A DNA stretch of 45,267 nt, from contig JBNJGH010000018.1 of NCBI GenBank assembly GCA_051747585.1, positions 1 to 45,267 of the forward strand, read 5' to 3'. Every line of letters begins with the position of its first letter. Position 1 is the first letter of the stretch. Source of the DNA: Candidatus Rifleibacteriota bacterium. Lineage in GTDB: Bacteria > Muiribacteriota > Ozemobacteria > Ozemobacterales > Ozemobacteraceae. Below the pieces are notes generated by a model. That model was not told the origin of the DNA. It made no database searches and saw only the letters and a program-made list of their open reading frames with translations. Shown piece by piece: positions 35,501 to 44,051 of this stretch. A program made the translations under genes and the position numbers.

Positions 35501-37932
35501 TTAAAAACATATGCATTATCTGCTGGTGAAACGGTAATTACCGGAATCCTTTCTACTACTACTCTTATCTCTGAGCTACTCAGATTGCCCTGACTATCGG
35601 TGGCAATATAACTTATAATGTGCTCTCCATTTGCCGGAGAATAGTTCTCATTAGCGTTACTGCCAAAACTTTTCGGGTCGTTACTGCTGTACCATTCAAA
35701 TTGGAGGGTGCCGGTTGAAACCGGAACCGCTACAAAGGGGATACCGTCACCGGGATCGAATCTGGTGCCCGAAGCCGGACTGGTAATGCTGGCAACCGGC
35801 CAGCCGATCTGAACATTATGGGTGTCGCTGACAGCTGTACCAAGATTGGCGGGTCCTTCTACTCTTACCTGATAAAGCCCGGGAGTCATCGTTCCTGTTG
35901 CAATGGTAAAAGATGAGCCTTCTTTCCAGATTTCGGGAAGATTATTCAGATACCATTTGAATTGTGCTGCATCCAGTGTGGTTCCATCTGAATCTGTGCC
36001 ACTGGCAATAAATTCAATGGAATTGCCTTCGAAAATCACATCTCTGTCTGAAGGCAAAAAAGTAATTCTTGCCGGCATGTCATACCAGACACTTATAGTT
36101 GTCGACCCGACAAGATCAACTGAGTCGGTTCCGATCAGACTGATGGTATGCTTTGCAGAACTCAATGAAGGCACTGTCACAACTGTTCCACTTCCCAGAA
36201 AGCCATCAATATCGGAATACCATTTGAAGGCCGCATCTTCAGTTATAGCACCATCTTCGTAATCGTCGATTTGCCCTTTGAAGGTTACCGGGGTATTGGC
36301 AAGATAACTTGCTCCGTCTGCAGGCTCCAGAATAGAACATACCGGCTTTGCATTTATTATTGATATTACTTTGGTTCCAGTTCCAATTACCCCAAAACTG
36401 TCACGACACTCAAGAGCTACAGTATAACTACCATGGCTCGGAAAATTATACGAAAATGACGCGACTCCGCTTTTCATAAATTGCAATTGCTCTGAAGGCG
36501 AGGCCAGATACCAGGTAAAATCTCGTGCCGGAATAGCGGCATTCAAATAATCTTTTGCTTCGGCGGCAAACTCTACAATTCCCGGCTCAAAATCTGCTTT
36601 GGCAGGCTTTGTAAATGTTACGATCGGCGCAGCCGTAACTTTCACATCGATTTCAGTTCGAGCTTCCCCCACTCCATCAGAAACTTCGAGCGTTATTTTG
36701 GCATTAAAGGTTTCCCCCAGATCAAGAGCCGGCGACTGCCATAAAATTTCTGCGCCGTCTGTATCGCTTAAGATAGAGCCTCTCGAAGTGCTCCAGTTAT
36801 ATTCCAAAGTTAAGTCTTCTGGAAAATCTGTATCTGCAACATACCTTGCTACAACATTACCCGAAATCTGAGCGGTGGCAGTTCCGGTAATAGCAACAGA
36901 GCGATTGACCGGCTGAACATAAATTTCACCCGGAAAAGAAATCGCGCCGGAAGAAGCCACACTAATATCCAGCTGGACAAAGCTGGTCAGGCGGGGAAAT
37001 GTACTGCCAATTTCACTGGCAGAAAAAACAATTGTCTCAGAGGCAGCTTTTGCCGGAATCGCCCAGTCTGCATAAGTGTCCGTTAAATAAGAAAAAGTTC
37101 CTACCTCAGCTTTCCATTCTATTGAAAGAGGGGCGCCTTCAGGATCAATTGCTTGCCCATCTACACGCAGAAAAGCGCTGTTTGGACTGGGTGAGTTACT
37201 TATCATCAGATTAACTACAGGCGCCTTGTTATCTATACCCCTAGTTGGCAACGTAAATCCTAAGACTGAAAGATAATCCGGATCAAAAGAACCAGGAATC
37301 AGATAAAATTCCGATTCAGCCAGATTTTTTTCCGGCGGCGGCTCGATTTTCAAACTTCCTGCAGCTTTTTCAGGCATATAAGGTGAGACATAATAGCCCG
37401 AAGAATCAAGTGTAAACTCTTCTCCCCAGAATGTAACTTTACATCGCCCGACTGGAATTTCACTCAGGTTTTTAACCTGTATGCGAATTCTGCTGTCAGC
37501 AAGGTCTTCTTCCTCTATTTGCAAATTAGCCTGCTTATTTGGGCTATCATTAGTTAAAGTTACATCTGCACTTCTGATCTTATACTTTCTACCACTGAGC
37601 GAAGTAATTCTGGCGATAATCCTGTAAGAGCCTAAAGGCAAGTTCTCAAATTTGAAATTTCCATCTTCATCTGCCCTGGTAGAGTAAGAAGGCATCTCTT
37701 CAATAAAAATAAAAGAATCAATAAACCTCCTGCTCGCAATATAAGATCCTTTTGAATCTTCATTTTGCCGCATTGAGGCAACCGCGCTGTCTATTTGAAT
37801 AGAGCCGGTAATTTCGCCATTAACAATTGCAGGTCCGACAGGAACGGCAGAACCTCCACCGCCACCTCCACCGCCACAACCAATAAACAGCAGCAGACCG
37901 ATAACGCAAGCTACAAATATCCTCAATGCCAT
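29578..37932 (-). CDS. Giant acidic surface lipoprotein/adhesin (2784 aa): many Ig/PKD-like repeats, C-terminal NHL beta-propeller
   Basis: Lipobox FIG|C plus Gly8 linker; recurring I.SPA(S/D)G..F...F.G...MEWY...I.Y.GTD..G units; C-terminal FDNPLGL..IYISDSGNN / FTEPWGI..LYIVDKSGN NHL motifs. Confidence 0.9.
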   Translation of the reverse strand: MALRIFVACVIGLLLFIGCGGGGGGGGSAVPVGPAIVNGEITGSIQIDSAVASMRQNEDSKGSYIASRRFIDSFIFIEEMPSYSTRADEDGNFKFENLPLGSYRIIARITSLSGRKYKIRSADVTLTNDSPNKQANLQIEEEDLADSRIRIQVKNLSEIPVGRCKVTFWGEEFTLDSSGYYVSPYMPEKAAGSLKIEPPPEKNLAESEFYLIPGSFDPDYLSVLGFTLPTRGIDNKAPVVNLMISNSPSPNSAFLRVDGQAIDPEGAPLSIEWKAEVGTFSYLTDTYADWAIPAKAASETIVFSASEIGSTFPRLTSFVQLDISVASSGAISFPGEIYVQPVNRSVAITGTATAQISGNVVARYVADTDFPEDLTLEYNWSTSRGSILSDTDGAEILWQSPALDLGETFNAKITLEVSDGVGEARTEIDVKVTAAPIVTFTKPAKADFEPGIVEFAAEAKDYLNAAIPARDFTWYLASPSEQLQFMKSGVASFSYNFPSHGSYTVALECRDSFGVIGTGTKVISIINAKPVCSILEPADGASYLANTPVTFKGQIDDYEDGAITEDAAFKWYSDIDGFLGSGTVVTVPSLSSAKHTISLIGTDSVDLVGSTTISVWYDMPARITFLPSDRDVIFEGNSIEFIASGTDSDGTTLDAAQFKWYLNNLPEIWKEGSSFTIATGTMTPGLYQVRVEGPANLGTAVSDTHNVQIGWPVASITSPASGTRFDPGDGIPFVAVPVSTGTLQFEWYSSNDPKSFGSNANENYSPANGEHIISYIATDSQGNLSSSEIRVVVERIPVITVSPADNAYVFNGHGIDFTANCTDTNGDPISGDAVRWLLNGSGWQTGDNFTAYQGTQADEIPAGSNQFTVEATGPYGTVGSRTQTINTGVQEAQINSPADNSTFTTGEEIKFQGVPDSTGSIQMEWWANYGDAASQEKIDDGASVSTSLLPDGYYNISYFGVDDTGYISSDSINISVGQFPEMAFTPADVTAFFESQDVDFNGLGTDTLDNSVIPGSRMAWYVDDAKRLASFSKYTVDQDELAVIGAGYKKVELRGYSDITNAVGREIKNIYLGVQTATITSPLNDEILPSATEYNFTGLPDSTGPITMEWWLNYGVATATYMGAGSSLNYTAPDGIHYLTYIGTDSAGIPASATIRVIVSDSPTITFTPSDGSVIFVDKPFDLVVGGPIVPSTVNWYLDGDGSPFKTGSPETVNPGEVGVGWRQIKAEGENTVGVTNEISNDIFYGHPPAEILTPASGTRYDLGTDVAFTGSTASPSITMSWFLNDVNTGVTGTNYSDVLPAGWNTISYSGVDDGGNTSTDTIMILMDDPPSMDFTPGNGSKFFAGTDVEFTGVGTGSIAAYEILDADKKWYLNAISAPDHSAVKDVTFLSADLTTGTNNLTLTGEDQYGVVGTITYSFDYGFSAPSITSPADGSEFALATNVNFAGTPDSDPPITMSWYLEYGTASEAFLGSGANISHSFATRGTKTISYLATDSAGVLKQADIQIIVNEEPTMVINNPVDGGNYFGGQSLDVSGSGTDINGDPVDAANFIWYLDGSEWKSTIANFTATKDELGTGTKSIRLEGTDDLGTTGAVTNSIQTGISNPLISSPADGSSYNLVHNISFSGNDLTGLVDMEWYCVEDAFVFGTGPAASISTFSRGLKTIHYQGTDDAGTTREGEIQITINDPPTASITAPLDSDKFFGGQTLSISGNGTDSDGSAIDSASFKWLIDGASWKSGIGNFTATIGELGTGTRNIKLEVTDDLGSTGSVTHVVQTGISNPSISSPADGSSYNLVHNISFSGNDLTGLVDMEWYCVEDAFVFGTGPAASISTFSRGLKTINYRGTDDAGTAREGEIQITINDPPTASITAPLDSDKFFGGQTLNIAGNGEDSGGGAVDSANFEWYLDTVPWKSGTDNFTATIADLGTGSRNIKLEITDDLGSTDNVTHSIQTGISLPVISSPASGTEFGIGSSVNFSGNDLTGLVDMEWYCVEDAFAFGAGPSASITTFTRGLKTIHYRGTDDSGTTREGIIQILVNDDPSVSIATPTNGGQYFGGQTLTFSGNATDSANASIPPSNLSWYIDTNLLTTGTDSYIATIGDLGTGTIEIKLEAEDNFGEVGQALCNITTGITHPEIISPASGSIHNIGSINFIGNSDPLSSIPLEWYADPGGLMGTGSDINYSPSRGITRITYVGTDSKGLVAEDFIDILVDDPPDVSIKYPIDGGMYFGGQDILFEGLATDSGNVSISPASFTWYQGGTGLRTGVDTFDATVADLPTGTYNISLEVEDEYGVNNSVSRTMTTGMELPEITSPASGTRFDSDANVSFTGSNDLTGNMEWYWVEGATVIGSGSSDSYIFGVANRGWQTIEYRGTDSQGTMRSDRIMVLIDTPPTFTLDPFVVSPVKYADGPEYMSPGNHIPVYLASPGAPLTFSVEAQNEVGTIIPPDRLHWYEGATNIQNAATFTLNFEDPGSFTYTVVCEDEFAQTATTTITFWTWEPETYSIFSNPNGGPTTLNLPATIVNSDNTTAFAIDEGNSRIVKLTRMNTGLTTDGDLTEIATETAVASHTHNFIDLSVDGTTLVSLGNNAGADYRIQSWNTGDLGSLGVIDYPYDHGTGDEEFDNPLGLNIDANAIYISDSGNNMVKKIDRDNGEFYSDNESVTTPVGINYVDSTNIFVAEQANNRLLKLNSSLNTVVWNSGTVNNAHYIVQGPSGNLYITDPTAGDPKVHVVAPDGTLLYSFGNVGTTPHMGEFTEPWGITIMEDDLYIVDKSGNCIHRLRFTDW
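31700..33400 (-). repeat. Intragenic 528-bp tandem triplication
   Basis: An identical 65-bp block at 31941-32005, 32469-32533 and 32997-33061 (period 528 bp = 176 aa). Confidence 0.9.
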
Positions 37933-37984
37933 AGTCTGATGATACCCTAATTATCCTCTATTAATCAATACACAAGCAATTATT

Positions 37985-38354
37985 TAGCAATTCTCGGTAA
38001 GCGACTATCAGCTTTTTTGAAACAGATTAAGCCTCACGACAAGCCTCAAATCCCCCAAAGAAAATAACCACAGAGCTCTCAGAGAATCACGGAGAATCTT
38101 TTTCAGCCATGGATTGTCCGGATGGACAATCAGCCGGCGGTTTCACCGCCCGGCTTTCTCAGCCACAGCAAGGTCTAAGAAAAGCACAAGTGTTTTTTTG
38201 AGACCTTGCTGTGGCTGAGAACAAAGGCTGAAAAAGATTGGAAAATCAGCTCAGTGCACTCTGAGCCTCCGTGGTTAAAATTCTATATTTTACAGAAAGA
38301 AATAATACCGGAACTTTTGGTAACCAGCTAATAATAATTGACCGAGAATAGCTG
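37985..38354 (-). repeat. Nested palindromic element A4 (370 bp, complete, minus orientation)
   Basis: Termini TAGCAATTCTCGGT/ACCGAGAATAGCTG; inner IR 38095-38108 / 38226-38239; 66-bp hairpin 38156-38221; followed by a family-B end fragment GCAATTATCCATTT..CCGTTTCAAGA (~38367-38402). Confidence 0.92.
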
Positions 38355-38412
38355 GCCATTATTTGCCGCAATTATCCATTTCTTTTTGAAACCGTTTCAA
38401 GATATATTGAAA

Positions 38413-40635
38413 TTAAAAATCTTTGAATTCTGACTGGGCGGCTATATTGTCCTGCCAGCTGACTATAGTAAAGCCTGCAGGCATGTATGCAGGAAAATAA
38501 TCTCCGCCGCCTCTTACGTAGGTGCGGTCATAGATATTGCGCCTGACCACTGACTGGTCATCTCTTAGCGATCCGCTCAAGAATGGTTTTACCCGCTTTG
38601 TTCTTAAATGAATTACCGAACCCATGTGACGCAATATAAACCTGCTGTTACGATCTATAAAAGGAAATGAGTGCATTTCTTCGCTTTTTATGTTGCCCAG
38701 TTCGTTTTGCACTTTGCTTACCCCATCGCCGGGAGTCCAGCGAGCATTGAGTTCTGCAGAATCAATTAACAGAGCATTCACCGTCATTTCAGGAATTTTA
38801 AAACGGGTTTTGGGATATTTCATTGCAAGCTTAAACAGACGGTCAGCTGCGTTCCACGGCCCCAAGGCAGGGTCGGGATCCTTGAGCATTTCCTTGCGGG
38901 CCTGCTCAAAAATCTTTTTGATAAGCTTGTCCCGGGCACCGGGCAAAATAGTTCCAGTCATATATGACCTGCCTGCGATACCTTCGACAATAGCAATGCG
39001 CTTGAAATCACTTTTAATGCAAAATCTTTGTTTGTACTCTTCGGGATTGCTCGAGTGATTAAGATAATCTCTGAGTTTCTTCAAGGCCGGATGAGCGGCA
39101 ATGCCTGCCATAGTAACCGGAACCACCTCAGGAGGAGTTTTGGGCAATGAAGCCAGAGCATTTATCACATGAAAGTTTAAAGCAGTCATTGGAAGTCGTT
39201 TATCAAACGAATTGGTACTCATTTTAGGGGGAAAAACAATAGATCCCAATAAAATTTTGTTAAGGTCATCGCCTCCGAGAGCCATTGCTATCTCATAATC
39301 GAGTAAGGTCATCAGCTCATTTCTCAAAAAATTCAAAGGATTGGAATAATCGAACCAGATGCGCCCCATTGATAGAACCATAACACCATTTTTATCAGTG
39401 CCGTTTCTCGGGTCTTTTGTGTAGTCCTTGTAACCCAGAGTATAATTCTGGGGATTGTCAGGATTAGCATTAAAATCTCCGGCAATGTATACATCTTTTT
39501 CACTAAATATGGTCATACTTTTGTATGGTGGACAGCCCCATATTCTCAGGGGAACTTCAGAATAAAGTAGAACTTTATCGTCTTTCTTTTTGTATTCCCA
39601 GCCAAAAAACAAATCATAAACCACTTCGCCAGGTTTTCCGGGATTACGCCATTCCGACTTGGAAAAGCCGTCATATCCGCAGCCGGGGCGCAAAAATACC
39701 GGCGAAGGACGACTTGCTCTTTTCCAATATAGAGGGTTCAAAGGCGGCAACTGTTGAGGCCTGGCACCATGGTAACCATCCTGCAAAAAATAATCTATTA
39801 CCGTATCGCCATTTTTACGAACATAGTTGGCAAAGCTCTCAGGATCGGATGAATCATTTGAGCTTTTAATTCTTCCCTTGGGCCCATTGTTAAATTCGAC
39901 TGTAGCTGGAGATTTCGCCTTAATATGACCCGGTGTAGAAATTTTTTCGTTTTCTAAAAACTTCAACCCCCGATCTTTCATTCCCCTTCGACTGAAAATT
40001 ACCAACTCATGACCATACAGGCGTCCTGACTTCACTTCACCGGGAATAACCCTGTAAGGCCCAAATCCTCCTGTGTCTAGAACCTGCCCATCATAGAAAA
40101 CAAAGTTTCCCGGAACAATCTTTTCCACAACAGTTGAAATTTTTCGAAATGTATCATCAACCTGGCCAATGGCTTCAAGTTGAAAATAACGATGAGATTC
40201 ATCTACGGTCTTGGAATCGACGCTGTTTTTAGCCTTGATCAGTTTCAAACGAACCTTGAATTCGCCGGTTTGTTTCATTGATGGAATCTCGATCTTGCCG
40301 CTGTAAGTACCTCGATCATTTGAATCGAGCTTGAGCAGCTTATAGCTTTTGAGAATCGGATATTTATGTTTAGCGGGTGAGCCCCAGTTTTCGGTGGGAA
40401 TATACGGATTACCATGGGTAACAAACTGATAATCGGCTTTCATCTCGGCTAGAACGCAATGAATACCGGCTTCGGCAACACACAAAGCAATATAATCTCT
40501 TGCCGACTTGCTTAAAAGATTGATTTGCCCGCTTTGAAAGCGCAAAACCGCACCACCAAGAATTCCAAGTACCAGACATATCATCAAGATAACTATAAGT
40601 GCCTGACCATCTCTTAAACGGCTTAATTTTCTCAT
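38413..40635 (-). CDS. Large PilX/GspK-like minor pilin-type protein (740 aa)
   Basis: MRKLSRLRDG|QALIVILMICLVLGILGG hydrophobic N-terminus without Glu+5, A..VAEAGI motif; last gene of a three-pilin operon. Confidence 0.7.
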   Translation of the reverse strand: MRKLSRLRDGQALIVILMICLVLGILGGAVLRFQSGQINLLSKSARDYIALCVAEAGIHCVLAEMKADYQFVTHGNPYIPTENWGSPAKHKYPILKSYKLLKLDSNDRGTYSGKIEIPSMKQTGEFKVRLKLIKAKNSVDSKTVDESHRYFQLEAIGQVDDTFRKISTVVEKIVPGNFVFYDGQVLDTGGFGPYRVIPGEVKSGRLYGHELVIFSRRGMKDRGLKFLENEKISTPGHIKAKSPATVEFNNGPKGRIKSSNDSSDPESFANYVRKNGDTVIDYFLQDGYHGARPQQLPPLNPLYWKRASRPSPVFLRPGCGYDGFSKSEWRNPGKPGEVVYDLFFGWEYKKKDDKVLLYSEVPLRIWGCPPYKSMTIFSEKDVYIAGDFNANPDNPQNYTLGYKDYTKDPRNGTDKNGVMVLSMGRIWFDYSNPLNFLRNELMTLLDYEIAMALGGDDLNKILLGSIVFPPKMSTNSFDKRLPMTALNFHVINALASLPKTPPEVVPVTMAGIAAHPALKKLRDYLNHSSNPEEYKQRFCIKSDFKRIAIVEGIAGRSYMTGTILPGARDKLIKKIFEQARKEMLKDPDPALGPWNAADRLFKLAMKYPKTRFKIPEMTVNALLIDSAELNARWTPGDGVSKVQNELGNIKSEEMHSFPFIDRNSRFILRHMGSVIHLRTKRVKPFLSGSLRDDQSVVRRNIYDRTYVRGGGDYFPAYMPAGFTIVSWQDNIAAQSEFKDF

Positions 40636-41372
40636 GGATGCACCCCGTTAAGCTTTCCTCTTACGCAGAAACTGCTCTTAACCGCATGGGCAATGCCACG
40701 ATCGTCTTCATCACGACTTTTGCGAACAAATGTTGCTCTAACGTGAATCAGATATGGACCGGTACCATCAAGATCGTAAGGTTCATAGGTCAAAAGATTT
40801 TTAAACGGCAAACCGGCGGCAAACTTGGTTAAAGTTACAGGCTTGCGATTAGTTGTATAAACCAGCATTTCTTTTATGCCTTCACAAATTTTCTTTTTAT
40901 AAGTTCCTTTTTTCCCTGGTATATCAGAGCGGGAAATACGGTAAAGGTCGCTGGTATTGTCTTTACGCTTTTTCAGCCGATATTCTATAATTTCTTCACG
41001 CAGAAAAGCAGGATCCGGCGGCTTAACCGAAAAATCAAGAACCTGCCTGCGTAAAACACAGACCTTGCCTTCGTTAACAGGCATCAAAACCGATACAGTC
41101 TGCCGATTAGTCTGCTGCGGATACTCGACCCAGGAAGCATTGCGAACGTCATTTCCAAAATTTGCAAAAAAACGACGAGCGCTTTCATTTACTCCTATAT
41201 GCTCAAGAGCAACCTTTATAGAACGAACCTCGGCGAAAAACAATTTGTAAGCTGCAAGCATTAGCAAGGCAAACAAAGCGCCTGCAAGAACAATCTCAAC
41301 CAGAGTTATGGCTCTTTTATTCTTAAATAAAGTTAAAACTGATTTTTCATTAAAACTCATAGCTGCTACCAT
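40632..41372 (-). CDS. Prepilin-type N-terminal cleavage/methylation protein (PilW/GspJ-like)
   Basis: KNKRA|ITLVEIVLAGALFALLMLAAY with Glu+5; ..F.NDVRNA. Confidence 0.8.
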   Translation of the reverse strand: MVAAMSFNEKSVLTLFKNKRAITLVEIVLAGALFALLMLAAYKLFFAEVRSIKVALEHIGVNESARRFFANFGNDVRNASWVEYPQQTNRQTVSVLMPVNEGKVCVLRRQVLDFSVKPPDPAFLREEIIEYRLKKRKDNTSDLYRISRSDIPGKKGTYKKKICEGIKEMLVYTTNRKPVTLTKFAAGLPFKNLLTYEPYDLDGTGPYLIHVRATFVRKSRDEDDRGIAHAVKSSFCVRGKLNGVHP

Positions 41373-41869
41373 AAATCACAATGGGCGGTAACTGTCTCAA
41401 AAACAACCGGCTTACCATCTTTATCAGATTTCCACTCAACCTTCACTCTTATGAGTTTCAAACCTGAAGGAACATCTTTATTCGACGAAGGAACCTTTTC
41501 TACACTTATGGTGCGACGGTATTCAATCCCCGCTATTTCGACTACGGGAACAAAACCGCCTCCATTTGCTACGTCGAACTGATTGTCTGCAGAATGAAAA
41601 TCTGCAATCAAAGTATCTTTTCTGCCATCACCTGTTACGCCAATTTCTCGGCCCCGCGCAGCCCTTACAGCTTCAATTGCCTGATTGGCCAGGAATATGG
41701 CATTCTCGTAATTTCTGACTTTCCGCACTCCGGTGAAACTGGTTGAAATTGTCCAGCCAATTATAAAAACGACAACCATCAAAAGGCCGGCAATCATTAT
41801 TTCAACGAAAGTCATTGCCCGCCGTTTAGAATTTCCGGGGCTGTTTTGTAAACTTTTTTTATTAAGCAT
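41366..41869 (-). CDS. Prepilin-type protein (PilV/GspI-like)
   Basis: KRRA|MTFVEIMIAGLLMVVVFIIG with Glu+5; AIFLANQAIEAVRA; YRRTISV..LKLIRVKVEW. Confidence 0.8.
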   Translation of the reverse strand: MLNKKSLQNSPGNSKRRAMTFVEIMIAGLLMVVVFIIGWTISTSFTGVRKVRNYENAIFLANQAIEAVRAARGREIGVTGDGRKDTLIADFHSADNQFDVANGGGFVPVVEIAGIEYRRTISVEKVPSSNKDVPSGLKLIRVKVEWKSDKDGKPVVFETVTAHCDLW

Positions 41870-41948
41870 ATTTTCTTATTAAAGCAGACTATTGACTATA
41901 ATTGTAGCATATTTTTTTCCAGTAGTTTTCCCCAAAACTATTTAGCTT

Positions 41949-42136
41949 CAGTAATTATCCATTTGTTCATAATGACCGTTTTAAGACATTTAGATTGCTT
42001 CGCTCGCGCAGCGTGTCCGCTCGCAATGACAGCCCCAAATTGTCATTGCGATGAGCATCGCGAAGAAGCAATCTTTGATATTATAAAATTTAATGTTTAA
42101 TAAAAAATCAGCTCGGTGATCTCTGTGGTGAATTAC
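41949..42136 (-). repeat. Nested palindromic element B3 (minus orientation, chimeric far end)
   Basis: CAGTAATTATCCATTTG terminus, TTAAGACATTTAGATTGCTTCG, TCGCAATGACA-gccccaaat-TGTCATTGCGA, GAAGCAATCTTTGATA; ends in family-A-like AAAATCAGCTCGGTG..CTCTGTGG. Confidence 0.85.
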
Positions 42137-42141
42137 AGGGC

Positions 42142-42173
42142 AAAAAAAAAGCTGCCTTTCGGCAGCTCTTTTT
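42142..42173 (-). terminator. Intrinsic terminator of the transglutaminase operon
   Basis: Minus strand AGCTGCC-GAAA-GGCAGCT-TTTTTTTT. Confidence 0.85.
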
Positions 42174-42192
42174 ATTTCATTCTCAGTAAATT

Positions 42193-43173
42193 TTAAAACA
42201 GTTCGTCGGGGTCGAGGCCGGCTTCCATGATTACCATATCAGGAGTTTGAAATTCTGGTCCTGAGCGATAATCCTGATTTTCAGGCCCTTCGGTAATTTC
42301 TTTTACGAATTTTGGATCAAAACAGGGGTTTTCCTGATTTGTACCTTCCGGGTTCGGAGCATTGCCGGTAGGCACCCAGACAAAGTCAGGGTGATTTTTT
42401 TTCGAGCCCCAGGTCCATTCGCCGTCAATTATGTTTCCATTGCCATCGAGAAAAAGATTGTAGGTATAGGTTGTTTTAAACCATTTTGTTCCGATAAAAT
42501 CTGGCCTGACTCCATCATCAACATAATAAACAGTAGTTTTCACCTTGAGCTTAGAATCATCGAACCAACCGCTTGACCATTCGGATTCAAATTTGTAAAG
42601 AGGGAAATTCCAAACCTGTCGATCGTAGGCTGTATCACAGATCATTGCACTTTTTTCCGAAGATATATACTGCATAAGCAAACGATGAAACTCATCGGGA
42701 TAAATATCATCCGGATCGTCGCCGGGTCTTTCCCAGTTGCGGTTGCCATAAAATTTACAATAGGTATTCATGTAAACTTCTGAAAGAATCGCTTTCTGGT
42801 CGGCAGTTTCAAAAGTTATACCATTTCTGACCCGGGTTTTTCTCGGTTCAGGAGCAAGAATAGCTGCGGCAGCCCAACCATTACAATGGCCTTCCCAGTC
42901 TTCGGCGTTGGGATTGTAATGCCCATTACTGAGATTGCTTTCCCAAGCGTGTGCTCCGGGGTTGCTACCGGTTCTGGACTCAACGTAAGCATCATATCTT
43001 TCAAAGGGGCTGGGTTTGTGGCCTGGCCAACCTTTAATCATCAGGCCTTTTTTTCTTGACCACCAGTCACCGGACCATGGCGCAGGTCTCATTTCGCCGC
43101 GCGCTGAATCTGCAAGAAGTGAAACAGGAGCCAGAAGTGTAAATAATATAATTACAGATAGAATTTTTTTCAT
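42193..43173 (-). CDS. Secreted transglutaminase-elicitor (GP42-like) family protein
   Basis: Signal peptide; PWSGDWW, WEGHCNGWAAAAI (putative catalytic Cys), PDEFH, VWNFP, YTYNLFLDGNGNIIDGEW, HPDFVW. Confidence 0.8.
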   Translation of the reverse strand: MKKILSVIILFTLLAPVSLLADSARGEMRPAPWSGDWWSRKKGLMIKGWPGHKPSPFERYDAYVESRTGSNPGAHAWESNLSNGHYNPNAEDWEGHCNGWAAAAILAPEPRKTRVRNGITFETADQKAILSEVYMNTYCKFYGNRNWERPGDDPDDIYPDEFHRLLMQYISSEKSAMICDTAYDRQVWNFPLYKFESEWSSGWFDDSKLKVKTTVYYVDDGVRPDFIGTKWFKTTYTYNLFLDGNGNIIDGEWTWGSKKNHPDFVWVPTGNAPNPEGTNQENPCFDPKFVKEITEGPENQDYRSGPEFQTPDMVIMEAGLDPDELF

Positions 43174-43970
43174 TATTCTTCACCTCCATTGCCTGCCTCG
43201 GGAAGCGGTGTCGGTTCTGATGGCGGCAATAAACGGATTTTTCTTTCGCTGCTTTCAGATGATATGGCCCAGGGAGAACCTTCCTGCCAGAGTTGAATCA
43301 AGCTGGTATCTGATCTTGGTTCGGCCAGTTCCACCTGAAAAGTCTGCCCACCTGTGCGATAAGCCGCAAAAGTATCGGCATGCTGTTTGTCAGGCGCTTT
43401 GTTTTTCTGGCCGATGGTTCTTTTAAAGGAGAGTCCGCCGGCCTTTGTAATGCCGGAGTAATTTTTTTCTTCGGGCTCGCTTCTATATGCAGCAAAGCCA
43501 TCGGCATTCTGAACGTCAGAGCTTGCACGAATCAACGGAAAAACCGGAATATCATAAGGCACCAAAGTATCAAGTGCAATAAGAGGTTGCGGGTTAGCCG
43601 GATCGACAAACCTCTCTGAACTTTCTACGCCGTCCTGGCTCGGAGATATATCTATAACCTTTACCGGCCTTAAATCGTCGACACCAAGCCATAAAACAGC
43701 CTGAATCTTAAGACCGGGTTTCTGAGGATAGACATGAACAACATAGCAGTCATAGCCTGCGTGTTGTTTTATTGCACGCACTTTAAAAACCCATTGCAAA
43801 GGCGGCATCCAGACATCACCCGGCTCTCTCATGTCACGATAAGAGGCCTCTAACACCCAGCGATCGCCGACCTTCCATTCGGGAACGAACCCCTCGGCAG
43901 CAAAAGTGCCGACATTTATAAATAAAACCAGAATTACTGCGGCTAACCAATAAAAATAATTCTTATGCAT
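43173..43970 (-). CDS. Hypothetical exported protein, translationally coupled to the transglutaminase
   Basis: GGAGG SD before ATG 43970; signal peptide; PEWKVGDRW motif; TAATG stop/start overlap at 43173; promoter TTGACG 44035-44030, 17 bp, TAGAAT 44012-44007. Confidence 0.8.
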   Translation of the reverse strand: MHKNYFYWLAAVILVLFINVGTFAAEGFVPEWKVGDRWVLEASYRDMREPGDVWMPPLQWVFKVRAIKQHAGYDCYVVHVYPQKPGLKIQAVLWLGVDDLRPVKVIDISPSQDGVESSERFVDPANPQPLIALDTLVPYDIPVFPLIRASSDVQNADGFAAYRSEPEEKNYSGITKAGGLSFKRTIGQKNKAPDKQHADTFAAYRTGGQTFQVELAEPRSDTSLIQLWQEGSPWAISSESSERKIRLLPPSEPTPLPEAGNGGEE

Positions 43971-44051
43971 TCTTACCTCCGCCTTATAAAGGAGCAATAT
44001 TATCTAATTCTACTCAATACCGGCAAAAACGTCAATTCTTGCCCGCAATTC

